64,000 nucleotides of DNA, taken from positions 1 to 64,000 of IMG/VR virus record IMGVR_UViG_3300025121_000030, one strand, 5' to 3'. The translations under genes and the position numbers were made by a program. This DNA is from a virus. Each line of letters opens with the position of its first letter. Position 1 is the first letter of the stretch. Below, piece by piece: positions 41,239 through 50,892 of the stretch. Under the pieces are notes generated by a model. The model searched no databases. It had not been told where the DNA came from and saw only the letters and a program-made list of their open reading frames with translations.

Positions 41239-41718
41239 TTGGCTACCTCCTTTGAATTACCATTTGAACAATTTCTGTTGATTATAGATGATCCTAAATT
41301 TATCAATAATTATACAGAAGATAATTTAGCAATTGAATTGTCTAAGTATATATATAGGTCAATAGGTATATGTAGAAATTATTTAATTCCAAGAGTTGAT
41401 ATAAATAATTATACAAAAACAAGTTCTGATGGAATAACAATAGGTAATTTTACTGATGATTTAAATGATCAAGAAATTACTTATATTGCAAGAGGAATGA
41501 CTGTGCCATATCTTGAATTTCAGTTACAAAAGCAAAAACATTTAAATCAGTTAGTATATGGTAGGGATTATCAAGTACATAGTCAAGCAAATCATATGAA
41601 AGAGGTTAGAGAAACTATAAAAAATGTTAGAGAAGAATTAATTCAAGATATGGTTATGAATTCATATCAACAAGATAGTGATGAATTAAAGGGTTCTAGT
41701 GGTGCAAATTCGTTGTGA
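41239..41718 (+). CDS. head-tail adaptor (YomZ-like)
   Basis: MATSF..F...I.D; DL.DQEI..IA..M; DY..HSQANHM. Confidence 0.7.
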   Translation: MATSFELPFEQFLLIIDDPKFINNYTEDNLAIELSKYIYRSIGICRNYLIPRVDINNYTKTSSDGITIGNFTDDLNDQEITYIARGMTVPYLEFQLQKQKHLNQLVYGRDYQVHSQANHMKEVRETIKNVREELIQDMVMNSYQQDSDELKGSSGANSL

Positions 41719-41808
41719 TAATGTTTATGATTTAATTAATTATAAACATGATTATTATGATTATTGTAGTTTTGACATTATATAATAGTTAAGAAGGAGT
41801 GGATAGTT

Positions 41809-43044
41809 TTGAGTTTTTCTGATATTGTAAATAGTTATAAGTCAAGATTATCTATTGATGGATTAACTATTAGGGATGAATATATTAATTCTATTACAGA
41901 TAGTTTTACTGATAGTTTTGATTACAATGTAAGTTATAAAGAAGTTTCTTATAAAAAAAGGAATGAATTAAATTATACTACTGGTGTAAAGATACATGTA
42001 TTTCAGGCTAAGAAAGATACTGAGAAAATTGCGCTTGATGATGTGAAACGAGTAGTTTTTAAGGATTTAGATTTTGTGTGTGAATCTGGTGATTTATTAC
42101 AATTTGATAGTAATACGTGGTTAGTAACGTCAACAAATAATATAGATCATATAAAAAGTTGTGTAGTGCAACAATGTAATAATAATTTAAAGTTTGTTAA
42201 AAATCATATTTCATATACAATTCCATGTGTAATTTCAACAGTTGGAAACAGTATGGGGCTAGGTATTGATGAAATGAAATATGTTTCCGATATTGATGAT
42301 TTTATTATAGTAAGAGTTGTTAACAATGTGGATTCTCAATTAATTTCAATTAATGATATATTTAAACTTGGGAACAAATGGAATTGGAGAGTAGAAAATA
42401 TATCTGATGTAATTGATAATGGTATATTAGTACTTAAACTCAAGTGGGTTGCTGAGAGTGCTGAAAGTGCTAACTATGTATTGACAATCACCAATGGAAA
42501 TTCGCTACAAATTGGCAGAACGCAACCATTAACTATTAATGCAGAATTAAAAGATAATGATATAGTTGTGTCTAGTCCACAACTTACATATTCCAGTTCA
42601 AATACAAGTGTGGCTACAATCAACAGCACTACTGGAGTTGTAACAATTTTAACTGCTGATAGTGTTATATTTACTGTCGCTTTAACTTCTGATAATAGTA
42701 TAAAGGATACTATAAATGTTGAAATAATAGAAAGTACACAAACAAATTATACTTATGAACTTGTGGCAAATATGCTTCCGAGCAATGAGGTTAAGTACAA
42801 TCAGACTAAGGTATTTACAGCATCTCGTTACAAAAATGGAGTTTTAGAAACAAGAGTTAACTTTACATTTGAGGTCATTCCAGATACGACACCAACAAAT
42901 AAATATGAATTTCTAACACTCACAGGGAATACAACATCTTTGAAAGCACTTGGATATAGCTATTTCGTGGATTTAAAAGCTACTGATGTGGAATTTCCAA
43001 CGAATAGTGTGCAGGTTAATGTTAAGTTGAGGTCAGTATTGTAA
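41809..43044 (+). CDS. head-closure protein with an Ig-like domain
   Basis: GD.L....WLV...QCNN.LK; YSSSNTSVATI...G.VT Ig-like motif. Confidence 0.7.
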   Translation: MSFSDIVNSYKSRLSIDGLTIRDEYINSITDSFTDSFDYNVSYKEVSYKKRNELNYTTGVKIHVFQAKKDTEKIALDDVKRVVFKDLDFVCESGDLLQFDSNTWLVTSTNNIDHIKSCVVQQCNNNLKFVKNHISYTIPCVISTVGNSMGLGIDEMKYVSDIDDFIIVRVVNNVDSQLISINDIFKLGNKWNWRVENISDVIDNGILVLKLKWVAESAESANYVLTITNGNSLQIGRTQPLTINAELKDNDIVVSSPQLTYSSSNTSVATINSTTGVVTILTADSVIFTVALTSDNSIKDTINVEIIESTQTNYTYELVANMLPSNEVKYNQTKVFTASRYKNGVLETRVNFTFEVIPDTTPTNKYEFLTLTGNTTSLKALGYSYFVDLKATDVEFPTNSVQVNVKLRSVL

Positions 43045-43053
43045 GGAGAATGT

Positions 43054-43212
43054 ATGAAAATATTTAATATTGAACAGGCAGACGTTTTTATTAAACATGG
43101 TGCAATTCCTATAAGTTGTGGTTTAGGAAATAAATGCAAAACTTATATTGAGTTTGAAGAAAATCAAATATTTAAAGAATTATTAAAAAAGTGGTTAAAT
43201 AGAGAAATTTAA
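43054..43212 (+). CDS. small hypothetical protein (52 aa; below the ORF-track cutoff)
   Basis: AAGGAG RBS; MKIFNIEQADVFIKHG...LLKKWLNREI. Confidence 0.6.
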   Translation: MKIFNIEQADVFIKHGAIPISCGLGNKCKTYIEFEENQIFKELLKKWLNREI

Positions 43213-43256
43213 TTACTTATTTTTATATTTCAAAGATTAAAGGAGGATTAATATTT

Positions 43257-44579
43257 ATGGGATTGATAAATGAAACAGTGTTAGTTAAGATGAATGGGGT
43301 AAATACAAAACATTATGAAAATTTAGGATATATAATTCCGAAGAAAAAACATTCTCAACGAAAAAATATTTTAGTATATGATACTACAAACCCCATATTG
43401 GTAAAAATTGAAGATTTATTAGATAATAGTCATGCTTTAGTAAATATTGAATGTGATGATTGTGGGAGAAAAATAGAAAATGTTATATGGCAAGCATATA
43501 AAAGATATGTTGGAGAAAATGGTGTATATTATTGTCAAAAATGTGCCAATAAATTATTTAGAAGACCAACATATAAAAAAACTAAATTAAAAAACAGCAA
43601 ATCTTTTGAGCAATGGTGTATTGAAAATAATAAACAGGATATTCTTTTACGTTGGGATTATGAATTAAATGATTGCAAGCACAGTGAAATTACATATGGG
43701 GTGGATAAAAAATATTATTTTAAATGCCCAATGGGAATACATAAAAGCGAATTAAAACAAATTAATTGTTTAACAAGTGGACAAGAAGGAAGTATGGATT
43801 GTAAACTATGTAATTCCTTTGCTCAATGGGGAATTGATAATTTAGGCGTTGATTTCTTCGAGAAGTATTGGGATTGTGAGAAAAATACAATTAATCCTTG
43901 GGATATAAGTAAATGTAATAATACAAGAAAAGTTTGGATAAGATGTCAAGAAAAAAAATATCATAATAATTATGATATAAGTTGTTATCGATTTATTATG
44001 GGTGACAGATGTTCTTATTGTAGTAAACGTGGAGGCAAGGTACATTCATTAGATAGCTTAGGTACATTATTTCCAAAATCTTTAGAATTATGGTCTGATA
44101 AAAATAAAAAATCGCCATATGAGTATGCACCTAAAAGTGATAAAGAAGTATATTGGAAATGTCCTAATGGAAAACATGATGATTATATTAGAGATATTTG
44201 TAATTCTAATAAATGTGATTTTAGATGCCCAGAGTGTGCATATTCCAAAGGTGAAGAAAGAATTAGTAATTATTTTATAAATAAAAATATAAACTATATT
44301 CCACAAAAAGAATTTGATGGTTTAGTTGGATTAAACAATGGTTTATTATCTTATGATTTTTATTTACCAGAATATGGTCTTATAGAATATCAAGGCGAAC
44401 AACATGAGAGATATATAAAAGGTTTCCATAAGTCAAAAAAGGATTTTGAAAAACAATTAGAGCATGATAGAAGAAAAAGACAATATTGTGTTGATAACAA
44501 TATAAAATTATTAGAAATTTGGTATTATGACTTTGACAACATCGAATCTATTCTTCAAAGAGAATTAAATTTACAATAA
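43257..44579 (+). CDS. putative homing endonuclease (Zn-ribbon repeats + Vsr-like domain)
   Basis: WDYELN/WKC..GH repeats; SKGEERI, LSYDFY, IEYQGEQH, HD.RK..YC..NNIKLLEIWY. Confidence 0.82.
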   Translation: MGLINETVLVKMNGVNTKHYENLGYIIPKKKHSQRKNILVYDTTNPILVKIEDLLDNSHALVNIECDDCGRKIENVIWQAYKRYVGENGVYYCQKCANKLFRRPTYKKTKLKNSKSFEQWCIENNKQDILLRWDYELNDCKHSEITYGVDKKYYFKCPMGIHKSELKQINCLTSGQEGSMDCKLCNSFAQWGIDNLGVDFFEKYWDCEKNTINPWDISKCNNTRKVWIRCQEKKYHNNYDISCYRFIMGDRCSYCSKRGGKVHSLDSLGTLFPKSLELWSDKNKKSPYEYAPKSDKEVYWKCPNGKHDDYIRDICNSNKCDFRCPECAYSKGEERISNYFINKNINYIPQKEFDGLVGLNNGLLSYDFYLPEYGLIEYQGEQHERYIKGFHKSKKDFEKQLEHDRRKRQYCVDNNIKLLEIWYYDFDNIESILQRELNLQ

Positions 44580-44594
44580 AAGGAGGCGATTAAT

Positions 44595-45083
44595 ATTGCC
44601 AATAGATTTGAAGACCTTAGCATCAACAAAATAAAATTAATGGAAGCAATTTATAACAATGATAATATAACTAAAGCTTTATTATATCGAAAAGATACGT
44701 CTAGTTTTCTTGATAGAGTTATACCACCAGAATTTGATCGTACATCACTCCTTTATTCTCAGATATGGCCTTGGAAATATATTCCTCAGATAACCGATGA
44801 AGCAAATATACATATCACCAGTAATTTTGTTTTCAAACCTCATGATAATATGTATAAAGTTTCAAACTTTTATTTATATGTTATTTCTCACAAATCGCTA
44901 ATGAGTTGTGATCAAGGACTTGTAAATGACTTCATCATATCGGAAATGGATAAGATTTTTAACCAAACCCGTTTGGTGGGTATAGGACGAGTTCAGTTTG
45001 AGGGCATGTATGAATTTACTACAGATAATTCATCAACTTTTTTGGGGAGTTGCATTGAATTTAAAACTTACGAGTTCAATTAG
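44595..45083 (+). CDS. tail terminator/completion protein (probable ATT start)
   Basis: AGGAGG 8 nt before an in-frame ATT; IWPWKYIP, D.I..E.DK.FN..R..GIG; synteny. Confidence 0.65.
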   Translation: MANRFEDLSINKIKLMEAIYNNDNITKALLYRKDTSSFLDRVIPPEFDRTSLLYSQIWPWKYIPQITDEANIHITSNFVFKPHDNMYKVSNFYLYVISHKSLMSCDQGLVNDFIISEMDKIFNQTRLVGIGRVQFEGMYEFTTDNSSTFLGSCIEFKTYEFN

Positions 45084-45141
45084 CCAATTAATTCAATTAA
45101 TCTTAACAAAATTAAAATCAATTAATCGAGGTGAAAACAAA

Positions 45142-45942
45142 ATTGCAAACAATACTAACAACAAAATTAACGACAAAGACTTAAACTTACGTTTACTAGG
45201 AAATTTACCAATAGAAATTAAAGATGTTGGTAAAATATATTCTCCAAAGTTAATTGAAATTGCTGAAATTGGTGAATTAGAATATAATAATTATCTTGGT
45301 CTAATAAGTTTAGATAAAGATTATTTTAAAAAAAATAACAATTTAAATAATGAGTTATCTTTTGAAGAAAGAGAAGAATTTGAAAAAGAAATAAATAAAC
45401 TAAGTATTTTTCAGTTTATTTATATTAGTTTATATCAAAATATTCATTTGAGACAAAGTTATTTGGATGCTTTGTCTTTTTTCTTTAAAGAGAAAGTTTA
45501 TTTTTATGAGAATGGATTTTTACACATTGATACGATTGACAAAGATAAAATTATTTCTGATAATAATTTTGATTTAATAATTGAAACAATAAAAAAATCA
45601 AATTGCTTAAAAACAAACAATGAAGATGATGATTATAATCCAGCAAATGACAAGGCAAAAGAAATTGCTGATAAAATAAGAAAATCAAGAGAGAAAGTTA
45701 ATAAATTAAAAGCAAAAAATAATGAATCACTTGATTTATTTGATATAATTTCTGCTTTTTCTACTTATCAGAAAATAGATTTAGATAGGGTTTATGAAAT
45801 GACAATATTTAGATTTTATGATCAGTTTAAGCGAATGCAAAAAATTAATGAATATGACATTAGTATTCAAAGTTTATTACATGGAGCAGATCCTAAAAAA
45901 GTTGAGATTAAGAATTTTGTTTGTAGGTTGGGGAATGATTGA
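45142..45942 (+). CDS. tail-region protein (YomV position; probable ATT start)
   Basis: GAGGTG 8 nt before an in-frame ATT; IYSPKL.EI..G, MTIF.FYDQFKR. Confidence 0.65.
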   Translation: MANNTNNKINDKDLNLRLLGNLPIEIKDVGKIYSPKLIEIAEIGELEYNNYLGLISLDKDYFKKNNNLNNELSFEEREEFEKEINKLSIFQFIYISLYQNIHLRQSYLDALSFFFKEKVYFYENGFLHIDTIDKDKIISDNNFDLIIETIKKSNCLKTNNEDDDYNPANDKAKEIADKIRKSREKVNKLKAKNNESLDLFDIISAFSTYQKIDLDRVYEMTIFRFYDQFKRMQKINEYDISIQSLLHGADPKKVEIKNFVCRLGND

Positions 45943-46057
45943 GATAATTTTGGTTGGTTTAAGTTAATATTTTCATTAATATTAATAGTAGCTATCTTTT
46001 TAGGTAGTGATTTTTTAATTATATAAAACAAAGAAAAAATAAAAAGGAGTGATTATT

Positions 46058-46756
46058 TTGTCAAGATACGGTATTCGGGAAATTGCAAATGTAGTATTTA
46101 GAGATATTACTACTTTAAAACCTGTGCTTTATTTGGAGACATTAAAAACTAGTTCGACAGAAGTAACAGCAGATGCGGTATATGCTCGTGGAGGAGCTGG
46201 AAATCCCAAACGCCTCATGTGGGAATCTAACAAAGAAGTAAAATTTAATATGTCCGATGCTCTTATTTCTGCTCAAAGTTTTGCAATTTTGTCAGGAACA
46301 GCAGTAGTTACAAAACAAGTAAAAGTACATAAAAAGGAAGTTTTGACTTTAAATTCTTCTTTACAAGTTACTTTGACTCAAACACCAGTTATTGATGCAA
46401 CTAATCCAATGTTTGTATTTATAACTGAAAGTGGTGACACATCTGCTATTGGAACCACAGTACCTAGTAATGCTACAAATGGTTATCAATTAGCAACTCC
46501 TACAATTACATTTGCTGGAACTGTAGGCGGTCATCTTATGGCAGTAGGGGATGTAGTAATTGTAGATTATTATTATAATTCTGCTACTACAGCAAAAGAA
46601 TTTGTAATTGATAGCGGTAAATTTAGCGGTTACTTTAGAATTGAGGCCGATTGTCTCTGGAGAAGAGAATCCGATGGTGTAGACTTACCAGCTAAATTTA
46701 TCATGCCCAGATCGAAGATGGCTTCAAACTTTACTATTACGATGGCTAGTGAGGGT
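46058..46756 (+). CDS. major tail tube protein, exon 1
   Basis: YGIREIANV, ETLKTSS.E, ARGG.GNP, D.GKF.G..RIEA; ends TMASEG. Confidence 0.82.
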
Positions 46757-47088
46757 AAGAAGGATTGCCCCCTTGTAGCGTGAGTTACAAGTAAACATCG
46801 AGCAAAATCGGTGAAAGGTGAGATATGGACTTAATACATATGTTTTTAAGTTCTCCCAATACCGAGGTAAAGCACATTTTAAAATATGTGGCTTACCGTA
46901 ACGCATAGGAGATGAAACTTTATTAAATATTTAATAAAGAATATAATTCTCGTGTCTAAGACACTACTTAATTTATTAAGTACCACGAGTGCTCGACAAC
47001 TCTAAGAGTTGAAAATATATGCTGAACTTATAGGAATATGAACTATAAGAACTAGAGGATAAAAAGCTTCTAGGATAACAAATTTTTG
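46757..47088 (+). ncRNA. ORF-less group I intron (332 nt)
   Basis: P1 gggU/Gccc; P3 tcgagca/tgctcga; P4 tcggt/accga; P7 gcata/tatgc; terminal G 47088; P10 agaagg/ccttct; splicing gives MASEG|DPSVFDF. Confidence 0.9.
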
Positions 47089-47169
47089 GACCCTTCTGTT
47101 TTTGACTTCGTAGCAGAATGTTTCCCAGATGCTTCCAATCAAATGGTAATTATTGATGTGATTGAGTAA
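47089..47169 (+). CDS. major tail tube protein, exon 2 (spliced product ~259 aa)
   Basis: DPSVFDFVAECFPDASNQMVIIDVIE*. Confidence 0.82.
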   Translation, partial: DPSVFDFVAECFPDASNQMVIIDVIE

Positions 47170-47207
47170 GCAATAGTTAAATTAAATACAGTATAAAAAC
47201 AATTAAT

Positions 47208-47312
47208 AAATAAACAGGGATAGTTAAGAGTTGTGATTTTAATGATAAGAGTGTATCGCAACCTCTCTTCTCTGTTTATTTGTTTTTTGTTGCGAAACAC
47301 TAGTTGTGAGGT
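47208..47312 (+). ncRNA. structured 5' leader, copy B
   Basis: P1 aaataaacaggga/tctctgtttattt, P2 gttaaga/ttttaat; loop tcgcaac pairs with gttgcga at 47289. Confidence 0.65.
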
Positions 47313-47334
47313 GATTATTAATGAGTAATTATTA

Positions 47335-48498
47335 ATGAGTAATTATGTAAAAAGAGATCAAAATGAATATGATAATAATTTTAAAAACATTATTGAAAAA
47401 TATACTGATCCAAAATATTTAACAACAAAAGGGTTTAGTAGTATGTCTGAAATTTCATCCCATAGTTATACTGTAGTTTTTAAGACTAATTGGTATGATT
47501 TATTAAAAAAATATGGTGAATTTGACAGGCTTTATCAATATGTTAAAAATGAATTTATTGAGTTTGCAAAATTAACAAAAATTACAAGTTTAGATAAATT
47601 TGTTCAACAGCATACTTGTTTGACTAAAGATTTTTTAAGGTATATAGATAATAAATTATTTAAAGATGAATGTAAAGTTTCTAAAAAATACACAAAAGAA
47701 ATGTTGGAAGATAATTTTTCAGATGTAAGGAATAAATTAGGAAGAGTTCCAAATCATTCTGAGTTTATTAAAATGAGTAAAATACATCCAAAAACATATA
47801 GGCAATTTTTTAATTTGTCTGGTCAAGTATGGGAAGATATTTTAAGGTATTTTGTTTCTGAAGAAGAAATTAATGAGTTTAATACATATCAAGCAGAATA
47901 CAGAAAACAAATTGCTATTGCAGCTTCACAAAAGGAATATATTTATTCTAATGAAGAATTAGAGAAAGAATTAAAAATAATTTTTGATTATTATTACAAA
48001 GAATTTAATGTATATCCTAGTAGAAGACTATTTAATAAGATATCTAAATTCCATGATTTACTATATCGTGAAAGATTTAATATGAAATGGTCAGAAGTAT
48101 GTAAAATGTATGGATATGAAATAGATACAAATAACAGCAAGTCAGAGAAAATATTTTTACAATTGGTTGATGAATTATTAAAAAGTAAGAATAAAACACA
48201 GAAAACCTTTGATTGGTTAAGAAATGAAGCAGGAAACAAATTAAAAATAGATGGATTCTATCAAGATTATAATCTTGCAATAGAGTTTGATGGTGTTCAT
48301 CATAGGAAGCCAGTGGCAAATTATGGTGGTATGGAGAGATACTTAAAGCAAGTTGCTAATGACAAAATAAAAGATGATTTAATTCCACAACATGGATTAA
48401 AATTAATTCGTATTGACAGTCGTGAATCTTGGCATGACAAAGATTATCTTAAACAAAGATTAATAGATGCTGGAATAGAGATTCCACAAATAGCATAA
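47335..48498 (+). CDS. putative homing endonuclease (helical repeats + Vsr-like nuclease)
   Basis: YTKEML...LGRVP...F repeats; SKSE, QKTFDWL, LKIDG, AIEFDGVHH, D.IKD. Confidence 0.8.
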   Translation: MSNYVKRDQNEYDNNFKNIIEKYTDPKYLTTKGFSSMSEISSHSYTVVFKTNWYDLLKKYGEFDRLYQYVKNEFIEFAKLTKITSLDKFVQQHTCLTKDFLRYIDNKLFKDECKVSKKYTKEMLEDNFSDVRNKLGRVPNHSEFIKMSKIHPKTYRQFFNLSGQVWEDILRYFVSEEEINEFNTYQAEYRKQIAIAASQKEYIYSNEELEKELKIIFDYYYKEFNVYPSRRLFNKISKFHDLLYRERFNMKWSEVCKMYGYEIDTNNSKSEKIFLQLVDELLKSKNKTQKTFDWLRNEAGNKLKIDGFYQDYNLAIEFDGVHHRKPVANYGGMERYLKQVANDKIKDDLIPQHGLKLIRIDSRESWHDKDYLKQRLIDAGIEIPQIA

Positions 48499-48519
48499 TT
48501 AAAAAAAAGAGGTGACAAT

Positions 48520-48738
48520 GTGGCATTAACTGATGAAAAGGATATAAAAATTGACATAAAAAAAGAGGAAGCAAAGACATCAAAAAAAGGCAAATTTGAC
48601 ATTATAGAAGCATTTGAAAATAGTGCCTATGTACTTATTGATGGTCAAGTAAGAGTAGTTGACAAAAAAGTAAAAAAAGGTCAGAAGAAAATTGAGCTAG
48701 AATATGAAATAATTGATGGTGATTATAAGTTCAAATAA
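48520..48738 (+). CDS. hypothetical protein
   Basis: GAGGTG RBS. Confidence 0.6.
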   Translation: MALTDEKDIKIDIKKEEAKTSKKGKFDIIEAFENSAYVLIDGQVRVVDKKVKKGQKKIELEYEIIDGDYKFK

Positions 48739-48750
48739 TAATAATAAAAC

Positions 48751-48820
48751 AAAAATAAGGAGAAAGGCAAAAGGGAAGCTAAATAAAGGCTTGTTCAAAA
48801 GCCTTTTCTCCTTATTTTTT
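48751..48820 (+). terminator. long hairpin / terminator
   Basis: aaaaataaggagaaaggc/gccttttctccttatttttt. Confidence 0.5.
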
Positions 48821-48963
48821 GCTGTTTTAATATTAAAAAATTAACCAAATAATACTAAAAGCTAAAGTAAAAATAAAAATTATTAGTTAAATACTGAGAT
48901 AATTTAGGAGAAAATAATTTTCTCCTTTTTATAATATTAAAAATTGAAAGGAATGATTATAAA

Positions 48964-49413
48964 ATGGCACATTTAAATTTACACAAGGCCAGCGACAATT
49001 CAATAATTTCAACAACCGGAACTTTAACAAATGCTGTAGAATTTACATTAAGAGCAGATTTGAGTGAAACAGGGGAAATTAGATTATATGCAATGACAGA
49101 CTTTGGATATGAGACAACTAGTACAGTGATATCATTTGTAGACAGTGAATTTAGGAAAGATCCTGGTGAAGCTATTAGAGCTAAAGATGGTGGAGACGGA
49201 ATTGCAACTACTAGTAGTTGGGCGTTAGCTCCAGATGTAGCAGGAGTAGCTGGAACTTACGGTGCTTATGGTGCATCGTTGTCATTAGGTCTAGTAGGTA
49301 ACGACACTGGGAAAGTTTTCTTCTGGAGTAAAGCTAAGGCTGAAACGACAGAAGAGGCAATTCAGGATGTAAGTTGTGCAATCAAAGCAGAAGGAATTGA
49401 AAGAGCTACCTAA
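48964..49413 (+). CDS. virion-accessory protein, divergent member of the domain-A family
   Basis: WALAPD..G..G.YG..L, FFWSKAKA...E..QD.S shared with 55062/57550/59652. Confidence 0.7.
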   Translation: MAHLNLHKASDNSIISTTGTLTNAVEFTLRADLSETGEIRLYAMTDFGYETTSTVISFVDSEFRKDPGEAIRAKDGGDGIATTSSWALAPDVAGVAGTYGAYGASLSLGLVGNDTGKVFFWSKAKAETTEEAIQDVSCAIKAEGIERAT

Positions 49414-49440
49414 ACTAGCTTAGAAAGGTAGGTAGCTCAT

Positions 49441-50868
49441 ATGGCAATAAATTACTATGTTTCAGTTCAAAGAGGGTCAGATTCTAATGATGGACTATCA
49501 CAGACATCCCCATTTCTCACAATTAGTAAAGCAGTAACTATGGTAACAGCAGGGTCTATAGTATATATAGGATCTGGTTGCTATAAAGAAAGAATAACAC
49601 TTCAAACAGCAGGAAGTACGTTTTCTAAGATATATTGGATGCCAGATTTTGATTCTAAATATTTAACAGATGATAAATCTGGCATTATTAGAATAACTGG
49701 ATGCGACGAAAATGAACAACCAACAAGTGGAATTGTTTGGAATTTTAATGGTAAAAATTATAACTATATTGGTAATACAAAAACGTATGGTAGAGTTTAT
49801 ATAGATGGTTCTAGTGATAATTATGCTTTATATATGGGAGGTACTACCACAACATATGGGTATGGAGTTGTTGCTACTAGTTACAATGGAATATATAGTG
49901 GACACTGTGAAAATTGTATTTCGATGGTTGCTAATATAGGATTTAGTAGTAATATTAATTATGATTGCATCTCAATAAGTGGAAATATTGGATTTAATTT
50001 AGGATTTAATATGAACTGCATTTCCATGAGTGGAAACTATGGGTTTTTTGGGAGTCCAAGAACAGATATAAATTCTACTGCTATCGGATGTATGAATGGG
50101 TTTTATACTGATAATGCAGTATCAACTAGCACGAATTGTTTATCGTTAAATAGTCAATATGGTTTTAATATGAATAGCTTGTCAACACTTAATTATTGTC
50201 GCGCAATAAATTGTATAACTGGGTTTTATGGAACATCAACTACAAATGTGTTAAATACCTCTACATGTAGTGCTATTTATTGTAGTGGTAAGCAAAGAAC
50301 TACAGGATTTCCTACTCCAGTGGATTATTATGAAACAGTTGAAGTTTCAAATGCAAAACATTATTCCTATTATCCAGTAGATTTAATTAAAGCACTTATG
50401 CCTATATTAGAATTTAATTATACTGGTGGAAGCAATTTAGGGGTAGGGTACAGTTTTTATGATATTATGGGAAATGGAAGAGCGTTGATTGATGGTATAT
50501 GTCATTATGGTGCTCATGAATTTTCTAGAGTTAGTATGGATTTTAATAATTATCATACTTATGTTCCATCTATAAAAGTTGAAAGAGCAGGAATGCAAAA
50601 ATTTACTTTTTTTACTAATGGAGGAGAAGAATTTAGAAAGTCTGTATGGGTTAAATGGATAAACGTTGCTGATGCAAACAAACCTAGAATAACAGTTAAA
50701 AGTACAGGTTATTTTGTTCCAATAACAGTTACAGCTACGTCTGATGGTACAAATTGGGAATATTTATTAATAACTGCTACTCCAACTGGTGATTGTGAGG
50801 TAGAATTATATTTATATGCGGTAGACACAGGAGAAAATGCAGTAGTATATTTTAGTGATTTAAATTAA
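49441..50868 (+). CDS. right-handed beta-helix (pectin-lyase-like) protein
   Basis: YYVS...GSDSNDG.S...PF.TISKA, G.Y.E; NCIS/GF repeats; YGAHEF. Confidence 0.75.
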   Translation: MAINYYVSVQRGSDSNDGLSQTSPFLTISKAVTMVTAGSIVYIGSGCYKERITLQTAGSTFSKIYWMPDFDSKYLTDDKSGIIRITGCDENEQPTSGIVWNFNGKNYNYIGNTKTYGRVYIDGSSDNYALYMGGTTTTYGYGVVATSYNGIYSGHCENCISMVANIGFSSNINYDCISISGNIGFNLGFNMNCISMSGNYGFFGSPRTDINSTAIGCMNGFYTDNAVSTSTNCLSLNSQYGFNMNSLSTLNYCRAINCITGFYGTSTTNVLNTSTCSAIYCSGKQRTTGFPTPVDYYETVEVSNAKHYSYYPVDLIKALMPILEFNYTGGSNLGVGYSFYDIMGNGRALIDGICHYGAHEFSRVSMDFNNYHTYVPSIKVERAGMQKFTFFTNGGEEFRKSVWVKWINVADANKPRITVKSTGYFVPITVTATSDGTNWEYLLITATPTGDCEVELYLYAVDTGENAVVYFSDLN

Positions 50869-50892
50869 TTTAGAGATATTAATTTTAAGGCG

